From contig CAZKNH010000003.1 of NCBI GenBank assembly GCA_964553875.1, forward strand, positions 5,850 to 69,849: DNA of 64,000 nt. The letters are read 5' to 3'. The number at the start of each line of letters is the position of its first letter. Within the stretch, counting starts at the first letter, position 1. Of this stretch, positions 9,372 to 18,800 are shown one piece after another. Under the pieces are notes generated by a model that saw nothing but the letters and a program-made list of their open reading frames with translations, ran no database searches and had not been told where the DNA came from. The translations under genes were made by a program, and so were the position numbers. This DNA is from an uncultured Gammaproteobacteria bacterium. Lineage in GTDB: Bacteria; Pseudomonadota; Gammaproteobacteria; Steroidobacterales; Rariloculaceae.

Positions 9372-9866
9372 ATGAAACCGCTGGTCGGAATCATCATGGG
9401 ATCGGTCTCGGACTGGTCCACGATGCGTCACGCAGCCGAGACGCTCGAGTCGCTCGGCGTGCCCCACGAGGTGCGCGTCGTCTCCGCTCATCGCACACCG
9501 GACCTGCTCTACGAGTACGCGTCGAGCGCGGCGTCACGTGGCCTCGAAGTCATCATCGCAGGCGCCGGCGGGGCCGCGCATTTGCCGGGCATGACCGCGG
9601 CGAAAACCCGTCTGCCGGTGCTCGGCGTCCCGATCCGCTCGCAAGCGTTGAACGGCATCGACTCGCTGCTGTCGATCGCGCAGATGCCGGCCGGCATCCC
9701 CGTCGGCACGCTCGCGATCGGCCGCGCCGGCGCCGTCAACGCGGCCCTCCTCGCGTGCGCGATCCTCGGAAACAAGCACGAGGCAATCGCCTCCGCGCTC
9801 GAGCGTTATCGCGAAGCACAGACCGCCGCGGTGCTCGAGCGCCCCGACCCGCGCGACCAGGAATGA
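9372..9866 (+). CDS. purE: N5-carboxyaminoimidazole ribonucleotide mutase
   Basis: [14 protein letters not shown]...VSAHRTPD...[27 protein letters not shown]. Confidence 0.95.
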   Translation: MKPLVGIIMGSVSDWSTMRHAAETLESLGVPHEVRVVSAHRTPDLLYEYASSAASRGLEVIIAGAGGAAHLPGMTAAKTRLPVLGVPIRSQALNGIDSLLSIAQMPAGIPVGTLAIGRAGAVNAALLACAILGNKHEAIASALERYREAQTAAVLERPDPRDQE

Positions 9867-10960
9867 GACTCGCCAAGGTCGGCATCGTCGGCGGAGGTCA
9901 GCTCGGCCGCATGCTCGCGCTCGCGGGCTATCCGCTCGGGATCGAATGCGTGCTGCTCGACCCGAGCCCCGATTCGCCGGGCGGACAGGTCGCACGCGCG
10001 AAGACCGCCGCGCTCGACGATCACGGAGCGATCGACGCGCTCGCGCGGGAGGTCGACGTCGTGACCGTCGAGATCGAGAACGTTCCGGCCGCCGCGCTCG
10101 CGGCGGCCGCGCGGCACGCGCCGGTCTTTCCGCCGCCAGCCGCGATCGAGGCGGCACAGGACCGTCTCGTCGAGAAACAGCTGTTCGGCTCGCTCGGGAT
10201 TCCGACCGCCGCCTACGTTCCGGTCGAGCGTCCTCCGGATCTCGAGCGGGCGGCCGCCGAGCTCGGCCTGCCGATCGTGCTGAAGGCGCGGCGGCTCGGC
10301 TACGACGGCAGGGGGCAGCGCGTCGTCCGGCGCGCCGAGGATCTCGCGAGCGCATGGAGGGAGCTCGGCGAGGCGCCGTCGGTCGCCGAGGCGTGGGTGG
10401 AGTTCGAACGCGAGCTGTCCCTCGTGGCGGTCCGCGGCGCGGACGGCGAGCGGGCGTACTACCCGCTCGCCGAGAACGTGCACCGCGACGGCATCCTGCA
10501 CACGTCCGTCGCGCCGTTCGAGGATCGAGCCCTGCAAAAGCTCGCCGAAGGCTGGCTCGATGCGCTGTTCGACCGCCTCGACTACCGAGGCGTGCTCACC
10601 GTCGAGTTCTTTCACGCCGGCGGTTCGTTGCTCGCCAACGAGATGGCGCCGCGCGTGCACAACTCGGGGCACTGGACGATCGAGGGTGCGGTAACGAGTC
10701 AGTTCGAGAATCACCTGCGCGCCGTGCTCGGCTGGCCGCTCGGCGAGACGGCCGCGCGCGGCCACGCGGCGATGCTGAACCTGCTCGGACGGCTTCCGTC
10801 CGTCGAGCAGCTGCTCCGCGTGACGGGTGCCCGGGTACACATCTATGGCAAAGCACCGCGGCCCGCGCGCAAAATCGGTCACGTGACGCTCGTCGATTCG
10901 AACCGCGAGCGGCTGCTTCAGCGCCTCGAAGCGTTGCAGTCCGTGATACAGGTCGCGTAG
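9863..10960 (+). CDS. purK: N5-carboxyaminoimidazole ribonucleotide synthase
   Basis: [18 protein letters not shown]...ATP-grasp...[16 protein letters not shown]...[18 protein letters not shown]. The ATG at 9863 overlaps the purE stop (ATGA). This is the C-terminal 365 aa of track ORF 8315..10960. Confidence 0.9.
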   Translation: MRLAKVGIVGGGQLGRMLALAGYPLGIECVLLDPSPDSPGGQVARAKTAALDDHGAIDALAREVDVVTVEIENVPAAALAAAARHAPVFPPPAAIEAAQDRLVEKQLFGSLGIPTAAYVPVERPPDLERAAAELGLPIVLKARRLGYDGRGQRVVRRAEDLASAWRELGEAPSVAEAWVEFERELSLVAVRGADGERAYYPLAENVHRDGILHTSVAPFEDRALQKLAEGWLDALFDRLDYRGVLTVEFFHAGGSLLANEMAPRVHNSGHWTIEGAVTSQFENHLRAVLGWPLGETAARGHAAMLNLLGRLPSVEQLLRVTGARVHIYGKAPRPARKIGHVTLVDSNRERLLQRLEALQSVIQVA

Positions 10961-11093
10961 TCGGGCGATACCGGTCGAATCCCGTAGGGGTTTGTATTAG
11001 GCTTCGGCCGTTGGCGATCGGAAGGCGCCTTCGGCCGCCGGCGATCGGATAGCGTCGGATCGCTCCTCCGCTGACGCCGTTATCGACGAGGAC

Positions 11094-12605
11094 GTGGCGG
11101 ATTTCAGGACGATGTACTGCGAGCTGTTCAAACTCAAGGAACCGCCTTTTCGGCTCACGCCGGATCCGCAATTCCTGTTCGCGAGCAAGCAGCACGCACG
11201 CGCCAAGGCGTACATGGAGTCCACGATCTGGCTCGCGGACGGATTCGTCGTCATCACGGGCGAAATCGGTTCCGGCAAGACGACGCTGATCGAGAGCTTC
11301 CTGAGCGAGCTTCCTAAGGACGTCGTCCTCGCGCACGTGAACCAGACGCAGCTTTCGCCGGTCGAGTTCCTGCAGGCGCTGCTCGTCGAGTTCGGCTTTC
11401 AGCCGTTCCGCATGCGCAAGGTCGAGCTGATGACGATGCTGCGCGATTACATGATCGAGCAGTATGCAGCCGGCAAGAAGATTCTGCTGGTCGTCGACGA
11501 AGCACAGAATCTCCCGCGCGCCGTGCTCGAGGAGATCCGCATGCTGTCGGGCATCGAGGCGCAGAAGGAGAAGCTGCTCAGGATCATCCTCGTCGGCCAG
11601 CCCGAGCTCTCGGCGAAGCTCGATTCGCCGCGGCTCGAGCAGCTCACGCAACGAGTCCGGCTACGATTCCACCTCACGCCGCTCTCCAAGCGGGAGACGC
11701 GCGAATACGTGCTGCATCGGCTCGAAGTCGCAGGCGCCGAGGGGCGGCGCATCTTCACCGACGACGCGCTCGACGTCGTGTTCCGCTACTCGGGCGGCGT
11801 TCCGCGGCTGACGAACATCATCTGCGACACGGCGATGCTCTGCGCCTTCGCCGAGGAAACCCCGATCGTCGATGCACGACTCGTGAAGGCCGCGGCGGAG
11901 GAGCTGCAGTGGGTCGAGTACAGCGTGCGCGCGCGCGACCGGATCTCGAGCACCGGCAAATACTCGGCCGCGATTCCTGCCTCGTTCGCGTCGGTCGACC
12001 TGATGCTGCACGACGAGCTCGTCGCGCACGTGACTCTGACGCCGGGCCGCCTGATCATCGGCCGCACATCGGACAACGATCTGCAAATCCGCAGCAAGTT
12101 CATCTCCCGTCATCATGCGCAGATCATCACGGATCGTCATCAGACGGTCATCGAGGACTTGAACAGCACGAACGGGCTCTATATCGGCTCGCGGCGCGTG
12201 AAGCGTCACGTGCTGCGTGACGGCGACGTCGTGCAACTCGGCGAGCACAGGCTCGTCTATCGTGAACGTCGCTCTGGCGTCGAGGGAGCCGATCGACTGT
12301 CGGACACGGGCTCGTTCCGCGTCGAAAGCGAAGACGAGTGGCTCGAAGACGACGCGGCCTATGCCGACGAAGCCGACGACGCGCCGGCCCCCGACGTTAC
12401 CGACGATGTCGCGGACAGGGACGCCGAGCTTGCGGCGACGGAGCCGCACGACGCAGCATCGGGGAACGGCGCGGCGCCTGAAGAGCGCTCCGACGGCGAG
12501 CATTCGGATGCTCGGGCCGTCGACGATCGTGAACCCGAGCCGATCGACCGGGCGGGCCAGGATCTGCCGCCGCACGGCGAGGCCGTAACGGCCGTCGAGC
12601 GCTGA
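11094..12605 (+). CDS. ExeA/GspA/MshM-like AAA ATPase fused to an FHA domain with an acidic C-terminal tail
   Basis: The N-terminal part reads FKLKEPPFRLTPDPQFLF, Walker A GEIGSGKT (aa 56-63), Walker B LLVVDEAQNL, and LRIILVGQPEL...GGVPRLTNIICD. This is the ExeA-type AAA_22 pattern. Residues ~303-389 carry FHA hallmarks (IIGR, SRHH, NSTNG, GD.V.LG). The last ~110 aa are Asp/Glu-rich. Confidence 0.75.
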   Translation: MADFRTMYCELFKLKEPPFRLTPDPQFLFASKQHARAKAYMESTIWLADGFVVITGEIGSGKTTLIESFLSELPKDVVLAHVNQTQLSPVEFLQALLVEFGFQPFRMRKVELMTMLRDYMIEQYAAGKKILLVVDEAQNLPRAVLEEIRMLSGIEAQKEKLLRIILVGQPELSAKLDSPRLEQLTQRVRLRFHLTPLSKRETREYVLHRLEVAGAEGRRIFTDDALDVVFRYSGGVPRLTNIICDTAMLCAFAEETPIVDARLVKAAAEELQWVEYSVRARDRISSTGKYSAAIPASFASVDLMLHDELVAHVTLTPGRLIIGRTSDNDLQIRSKFISRHHAQIITDRHQTVIEDLNSTNGLYIGSRRVKRHVLRDGDVVQLGEHRLVYRERRSGVEGADRLSDTGSFRVESEDEWLEDDAAYADEADDAPAPDVTDDVADRDAELAATEPHDAASGNGAAPEERSDGEHSDARAVDDREPEPIDRAGQDLPPHGEAVTAVER

Positions 12606-12628
12606 CGCTCGGAAGGCTTTTCGCCGCT

Positions 12629-12856
12629 TCAGTTCCGGTCGTCGAACGCTTCCCGGCTGCGGCTCGTTCGATACCCCCAGCGCCTCAACAGCACGACGAG
12701 CCCTCCCGTCAGGCACGACAGGCCGGCGAGCGTGAGGATCAACGACATCGGACCTTTGCCGATGTAAAAGCCTGCCGCAAGCCCTGCCGCGCCGATGCCC
12801 ATGTACGTGAACGGCAAGGCCTCGTACACGCGCTTGTCGAGCCAGACGCCTCTCAT
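12629..12856 (-). CDS. Small two-TM membrane protein (75 aa), hypothetical
   Basis: MRGVWLDKRVYEALPFTYMGIGAAGLAAGFYIGKGPMSLILTLAGLSCLTGGLVVLLRRW has two hydrophobic helices. The ATG overlaps the stop of the upstream small ORF (ATGA). It is the C-terminal part of track ORF 12629..13243. Confidence 0.45.
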   Translation of the reverse strand: MRGVWLDKRVYEALPFTYMGIGAAGLAAGFYIGKGPMSLILTLAGLSCLTGGLVVLLRRWGYRTSRSREAFDDRN

Positions 12857-13125
12857 CGGTCGCCCCCGTGCCGTCGGCCGCGCTGCGGCCGATCGTCGTG
12901 AACGTCTCCCGGCCGGACGCGGGCCGCGCGTGCACGACCGGTGAGCGCTCGCAGCTTGTCGTGTGCCTCGAGCATGTGCCTGAGCAGCGAAGGCTCCCAC
13001 GAATCGATCGAGAGCCGCCTCACCTCGTCCTTCGACAGGCTTCTGAGCACGGTGTCGTCGAGCCCGTCGCCGCGGGAAGCGGCTTTCGCCGCAGGCTTCG
13101 TAAGCGTCCTTCGCTCCTTCGCCAT
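12853..13125 (-). CDS. Hypothetical protein (90 aa)
   Basis: AGGAAG lies 6 nt upstream of the ATG. Third-codon positions are about 85% G/C, like the neighbouring real genes. I recognise no family. Confidence 0.4.
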   Translation of the reverse strand: MAKERRTLTKPAAKAASRGDGLDDTVLRSLSKDEVRRLSIDSWEPSLLRHMLEAHDKLRALTGRARAARVRPGDVHDDRPQRGRRHGGDR

Positions 13126-13154
13126 CGTCCGCTTCCTGCCGACAGCCGCTTCGG

Positions 13155-13349
13155 CTAAGCGCCACCGCGCTTCGCGCCGAAAAGACCGAGCAGTCTCGAC
13201 AACAGCGAGTGCTCGAGGCCGTCGACCGCGAGGTCGGCCTCACTCCGCAGCATCGCGAGCAGGCGTTCCTCGCCGGGCTCGAGAATCGGCCGAACGAAGT
13301 CGGCCTCGGTCAGCGTATCGTCGAATTCCATGACACGCGTTCGAGTCAT
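13155..13349 (-). CDS. Hypothetical acidic protein (64 aa)
   Basis: The ORF is on the same strand as tldD and immediately downstream of it, with GC-rich third positions. I recognise no family, and the RBS is weak. Confidence 0.3.
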   Translation of the reverse strand: MTRTRVMEFDDTLTEADFVRPILEPGEERLLAMLRSEADLAVDGLEHSLLSRLLGLFGAKRGGA

Positions 13350-13458
13350 CGTCGCACCGACGATACCCGCGAGGGGGAAGCCTCGCAGTGACTCGAATCA
13401 CAGGAAACATAGCCGCCGCTAGACATAACGAGCGGCGGCGACGAGCGCGCGGTGCGCG

Positions 13459-14949
13459 TCAGGCTTCCGTGCCCCCGACGGTCAACGAATCGATCTTCAG
13501 GGTCGGCTGGCCGACGCCGACCGGCACGGACTGCCCGTCCTTGCCGCAGACGCCGATTCCAGGATCGAGCTCGAGGTCGTTGCCGACCATCGACACCCGC
13601 GTCAGCACCTCGGGACCGCTGCCGATCAGCATTGCGCCCTTGATCGGCCGAGTCTTCTTGCCCTTCTCGATCAGGTACGCCTCGCTCGCCGAGAACACGA
13701 ACTTGCCGGACGTGATATCGACCTGACCGCCGCCGAAGTTCGGTGCATAGATCCCGCGCTCGACGGACGCGATGATCTCGTCGGGGTCGTGATTGCCGGC
13801 GAGCATGTACGTGTTCGTCATGCGCGGCATCGGCGCATAGGCATACGACTCGCGGCGCCCGTTGCCCGTCGGCGCCTGCTTCATCAACCGCGCGTTCAGC
13901 TTGTCCTGCATGTAGCCGACGAGCACACCCTTCTCGATCAGCGTCGTGCACGAAGTCGGCGTGCCCTCGTCGTCGATGCTCAACGAGCCGCGTCGGCCGG
14001 GCAGCGTGCCGTCGTCGACGACCGTGCAGGCTTCCGTCGCGACCCGCTCGCCGATCCGGCCGCTGAACGCGGACGTGCGCTTCCGGTTGAAATCCCCTTC
14101 GAGCCCGTGGCCGATCGCTTCGTGCAGCAGCACGCCGGGCCAGCCCGGGCCGAGCACGACCGGCATGTTGCCGGCAGGCGCCTGCACCGCTTCGAGGTTC
14201 ACGTTCGCCTGACGGACGGCCTCGCGCGCGAGCCGCTCCGCGAGGTTGTTGTCGACGATGAGGCTGTAGTCCCCGCGCCCGCCGCCGCCGGCATAGCCCT
14301 GCTCGCGACGGCCGTTCTGCTCGACGATCACCGAGACGTTCAACCGGACGAGCGGGCGGACGTCGGCCGCGAGCACACCGTCCGACGTGCGGATCAGCAC
14401 GAGCTCGTAGACGCCGGCGAGACTGCCGACGACCTGGATCACGCGCGGGTCGAGCTTGCGGACATAGCGATCGAGATGCGCGAGCAGCTCGACCTTACGC
14501 TTGTCGTCGAGGGTCGGCAGCGGATCGACTGCCGGATAGAGCCCGCGCCCGCGGACCGGCGATGCGACCTTCACGCGGCCTTCACCGCCGCTCTTCGCGA
14601 TGCCGCGCGCCGCCTCCGCGGCGTCGAGCAGCGATTCGGCATCGATCTGGTCCGCATACGCGAAGCCGGTCTTCTCGCCGACGATCGCGCGCACGCCGAC
14701 GCCCTGGTCGATGCTGAACACGCCTTCCTTGACCTTGCCGTCCTCGACGGACCAGCTTTCGTAGCGCGTGCTCTGGAAGTAGAGATCGGCGTAATCGAGC
14801 TTACGCGCCATGAGCTCGCTCATCGCGCGGTCGAGCACGGCGAGGTCGAGCCCGGCGGGCTCGAGCAGCCCCCGCTGCACGATCGTGAGCGGATCCGCGT
14901 CGGGCGCGGCGACGAGCGGTGCGGTCAATTCTCGAAGCTGGATCATCAC
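13459..14949 (-). CDS. tldD: Metalloprotease TldD
   Basis: 496 aa. DYADLYFQ...VGVRAI...[19 protein letters not shown] (HExxxH)...[13 protein letters not shown]. Confidence 0.95.
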   Translation of the reverse strand: MMIQLRELTAPLVAAPDADPLTIVQRGLLEPAGLDLAVLDRAMSELMARKLDYADLYFQSTRYESWSVEDGKVKEGVFSIDQGVGVRAIVGEKTGFAYADQIDAESLLDAAEAARGIAKSGGEGRVKVASPVRGRGLYPAVDPLPTLDDKRKVELLAHLDRYVRKLDPRVIQVVGSLAGVYELVLIRTSDGVLAADVRPLVRLNVSVIVEQNGRREQGYAGGGGRGDYSLIVDNNLAERLAREAVRQANVNLEAVQAPAGNMPVVLGPGWPGVLLHEAIGHGLEGDFNRKRTSAFSGRIGERVATEACTVVDDGTLPGRRGSLSIDDEGTPTSCTTLIEKGVLVGYMQDKLNARLMKQAPTGNGRRESYAYAPMPRMTNTYMLAGNHDPDEIIASVERGIYAPNFGGGQVDITSGKFVFSASEAYLIEKGKKTRPIKGAMLIGSGPEVLTRVSMVGNDLELDPGIGVCGKDGQSVPVGVGQPTLKIDSLTVGGTEA

Positions 14950-15759
14950 TCAAAGCTCTCGCCGGTGCGTGAGCACCGGAAACTGTTTGCGGAGGCGTTC
15001 CTGCCCGATCATATCGAGATCGGCGAACACGACGCCAGCGCCCTCCTCGCGGCACGCGAGCACGTCGCCCCACGGCCCAATGATCATCGAGTGACCGTAG
15101 GTCTTGCGGCCGCCGGCGTGCTCGCCCCATTGACCGGCCGCGACGATGAACGCGAGCGATTCGATCGCGCGCGCCTGCAGCAGCGGCTGCCAATGCACGC
15201 GCCCCGTCGGCACGGTGAACGCCGCCGGCACGACGATGATCTCGGCGCCGAGCACGCCGAGCCGATGGAACAGCGCCGGGAAGCGCACGTCGTAGCAGAT
15301 CGTCATGCCGATGCGGCCCACGGCCGTCTCGGCGATCACGACCCGCTCGCCGGGGACGGTCGTCGCCGACTCCCGATAGCTTTCGGCCTCCTGGCCGGGA
15401 ATCGCGACGTCGAACAAGTGAATCTTGTCGTACGACGCGGCAACGGTGCCGTCGGGCGACAAAAGGTAGGACCTGGACGACGCTCGTTCGTTCCGGTCGC
15501 GGATCGGCACGGTCCCGCCGACGAGCCAGATGCCGTGTGTGCGCGCCTGCTCTGCGAGAAAGGCCTGCGCACGCCCGTCGCCGTGCGCTTCGGCCGCGGC
15601 GAGCCGCTCCGCGTCGTCGGCACCGAGAAACGCGAAATTCTCGGGCAGAACCACGAGCCTCGCTCCGCCTTCCGCCGCTTGCGCGATCAGGCGCTCCGCC
15701 TCCGCGAGGTTGCGGTCGACGTCGCGCCCACTCGTCATTTGAATCGCTGCCGCTCTCAT
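14950..15759 (-). CDS. Carbon-nitrogen hydrolase (nitrilase superfamily, omega-amidase-like)
   Basis: MRAAAIQM...LVVLPENF...YDKIHLF...GMTICYDVRFPALF contains the Glu/Lys/Cys triad context. The start was set at ATG 15759. It occupies the same position between yhdP and tldD as in Pseudomonas. Confidence 0.85.
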   Translation of the reverse strand: MRAAAIQMTSGRDVDRNLAEAERLIAQAAEGGARLVVLPENFAFLGADDAERLAAAEAHGDGRAQAFLAEQARTHGIWLVGGTVPIRDRNERASSRSYLLSPDGTVAASYDKIHLFDVAIPGQEAESYRESATTVPGERVVIAETAVGRIGMTICYDVRFPALFHRLGVLGAEIIVVPAAFTVPTGRVHWQPLLQARAIESLAFIVAAGQWGEHAGGRKTYGHSMIIGPWGDVLACREEGAGVVFADLDMIGQERLRKQFPVLTHRREL

Positions 15760-15771
15760 CGATCGATCCTG

Positions 15772-15892
15772 AATGGGGTCAGAGCCCAACTCCTGCAATG
15801 GGTGTCGGCCGCCGTTCTCGCCTTCGGCTCCGACGTTGCGCGGGAAACGGCGGCCGACGCCATTTTCGCCGAAATCGGGTCGGAGCCCATTT
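15772..15892. repeat. Composite REP-like cluster in the yhdP / CN-hydrolase spacer
   Basis: It contains AATGGGGTCAGAGCCC (15772-15787), GGCTCCGAC in reverse orientation (15827-15835) and AAATCGGGTCGGAGCCCATTT (15872-15892). There is also a perfect 13-bp inverted repeat, GTCGGCCGCCGTT (15804-15816) with AACGGCGGCCGAC (15846-15858). Confidence 0.6.
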
Positions 15893-18800
15893 CACCCGCC
15901 CGCCGCAGCCTCGGGCAAATCGGCGCATAACCGCCCCTGCGCCAGCTGCTCGGCCGAGAGGCGCTCGACGGCGGGCGCATCCCACGATCCGGTCACGCAA
16001 TACGACGCGCGCCCGATGCCTTTCAACGGCTCCTTGAAGATCCGCGTGAAGATCAAGAGCGCCGCGCCGACGCCTGGACCGCCGAGCAGACCGCCGACGG
16101 TCGGCAGCACTTTGCCGGGCTCCGTCGTGACGACGGCCTGCTGGCGGTAGTCCCGGTCGCGCAAGCCGATCCGCCCGGCGACGCCGATCTCGGCGACGGG
16201 ACCCGTCACCTTGAAATTATCGGTATACGCGTTGCCGTCGATGATCGTGAAGTCGCCGGCCAGCGTGTCGAAGCCGAAGCCTCGGTTGAACACGTCACGG
16301 AAGTCGAGCAGGAGACGCCGCGGCAGCGCGGTGATGCTCATCAGCCCGACGACGCGGCCCGCGCCCGGGTCGATGTCGAGCAGGCTGCCGGTCTCGAGCC
16401 TGAGCGACAGGTCGCCGCCCAGGTGCGCCATCCAGTCGTCGGTCGGCGCACCCGGCCACCAGACGCTCGCGGTGATGTCCGCGCTCTCACCGGACGCGAT
16501 CGGCTCGAGCGACAGCTCCGCGAGCGCGGCGGCGACGTCGGTCGCGTGCAGGTTGAACGCGAGGCGCGTCGTCTGGCCGTCCGGCCCCGAGAACCAGCCG
16601 CCGCTGCCGGTGACCGCGAACGCCGCGCTCCGGCTCTCGAACGACTCGAGACGCAAGCCGAGCGGATCGGAACGAATGTCCGCGCGGAGCGAGCCGAAGC
16701 GCCGCGCGCCGAACCCGAACTCGGCGGCCGTCAGATCGAGCCCGAGCAGCCGCCGCGGATCCGTGCGGCCGGGTGCCGTGCCGGGGCCGTCCTCGTCGGC
16801 TGCCGGGCCGCCGCTCCGGCGCGGCATCAGATAGAGGCGGTCGAGGTCGGCGATGATCGAGGGGCGTCCACGCAGATCGCGCGGAACGCGGATCGAGCCC
16901 GCGACCGGTTTGCTCGAGATGTCGATGAGCCACTCCGCATCCGTTCGTTTGACGTCGAGGCGCGCGGCGCCGATCTGCTGACCGAAAGCAGTGAAGTCAC
17001 CGATCTCGAGCTCGGCCTCCGCGAAAATCTCGCCGAGCCCGGACTCGGCGAGGCTCGCGCGAGAGGTTGCGCTGCCCGCCGGACGCACGAGCGCGGCCCA
17101 TGCGTCGAAATCGAGCTTCGGCACCGTGCCGTAGACGCCGAGCCCGCCCTCCGCGCGCGCGACCGGCAACGCGCCTCCGAGCGCGAGCGCGGCCGCCTCG
17201 AGCTCGAAGCCGTCGTCGCCCGGCACCATCGACAGCACGAAGCGCCGCGTCGCGCCCACGTAGCCCTCGACGTCGATCCCGCTCGCGTGAAGCGCGAGCT
17301 CGAGCTCGAGGCTCGTCGGCTCGCGGGCCGCCTTGTTGAACGGCTCGGGCAGATAGAGCGCGAGCCCCGAAAGGTTCGACGTGACATTGATTCGAAGCGG
17401 CGGTGCCTCGGCGCCGTCCGCCGTCGACGGCAGCAGCACGCTGCCGCGCCAACGCGTCTGCCCGCCGGCGAGCCCGTCGAGCGGCACGCCGAATGCGCCG
17501 ACGACCGCACCGGCCGTGACCTCCCCGTCGACGTCGATCCGCGAGCGATAGCCTGGTAAACCGGGCGGCGATACGCGCGCGGTGATCGGGCCGTCGAGGA
17601 AGATCCCGTCGATGTGCTCGGCCGTGACGACGCCGTCGCGAAACTCGATCGTGCCGGCGATCTCGCTGACCGCGGGGCTCACGCCCTCGATCGCGAGCGT
17701 GCCGTCCGCGATCGCGAGCGAAGCGTCGAGCGAGTACGCGCTCATCTCGTTGAGCGGCAACGCGAGCGAGAACGCAACGCGGCCCTCGCCCGACGAGGCA
17801 TAAACGCGGTCGTAGCCGGGACCGAGCTGCCGTGCGATCGGCGGCGTAGTCTTCAGGAACGCGAGCACGTCGGCGAGCGGACCGAGCGTCTCGCTCTCGA
17901 GCGTCAGCACCGGTCGGCGCAGATCCGCGATGCCGACGCGGACGTCGTCGCCGACGTTGCCGAGCACGCGCCCCGCGCCCCGCGCCGAGAACGACGCGTT
18001 GACGAACTCGATCACGCCGTCGAGGTTCTCGGCGCGCGGCCACTCGCGCGCGTACCGGAGCACCGCGTCCTCGATGTTCGCCGCGACGCGAAACCTGCCC
18101 TCGCCGCCGTCGAACGGAAAGGCGCCGAGCGGGCCGACGAACGTGAGCTCCGCGGACGTCACTCTGCCGCCCTGGATCGAGTCGTCGAGCCATTCGACGA
18201 CTTTCCGCGGCATCTTGTGGACCGGGAAGTAACGCTTCGCCGCGACCGCGTCGAACGCACCGACGTGGCTCACGAGGTCGAGCGTCGCGCCGCCGTCGTG
18301 CGGCAGCGTGAGCTCGAGACTCGAGCGGACCGTGGCATCCGCGTTCGTCATCACGAGGTCGTCGCTGACGACCGTCACGCCGTCCGCGCCCGTGCGCCAC
18401 ACGATGAGGCCCGTCAGCTCGCCGACGTCGATCGGCGCGCGGAACAGCGCGGGCCAGTCGAGGCGTGCGCCGTGCGTGTCGAACGCGACTCGGCCGCTCG
18501 TCGAATCCGCGCGAAGCTCGCCCGAGAGCCCGACGAATCCCGGCGCGCGGCCCGACGCTGCGATCCCGAGACCGTCGAAGCGCGTGCTGAGCGCGTACGC
18601 GAAACCGTCATTGGCACGAGTCGCGGTGAGCTCGAGCATCGAGAGGTCGCCGCGCGGCGCGAGCTCGGCGAAACGCCTCGCCCATTCCGCGTCGGCATCG
18701 ATCGCCGTGAGCGGCGCCAGGTCCTCGAGGCGCACGAACGTGCTGTCGACCCGGACGGCTCGGATCCCGCCGTCGTCGAGCTCGAGCTCGATCACCGTGT

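Noticed and set aside
8315-10960. 881-aa ORF, the longest plus-strand ORF in this part of the window
   Set aside because: Its first ~516 codons run antisense to pmbA and across purE in another frame. They are Arg/Ala-rich with no family resemblance. Only the last 365 codons (from ATG 9863) are PurK. It is a high-GC open-frame artefact.
11094-12605. Calling this gene gspA/exeA and inferring a type II secretion or MSHA pilus locus
   Set aside because: Only the AAA_22 module is shared. The peptidoglycan-binding C-terminus is replaced by FHA, and no gsp, msh or pil genes are present in the window.
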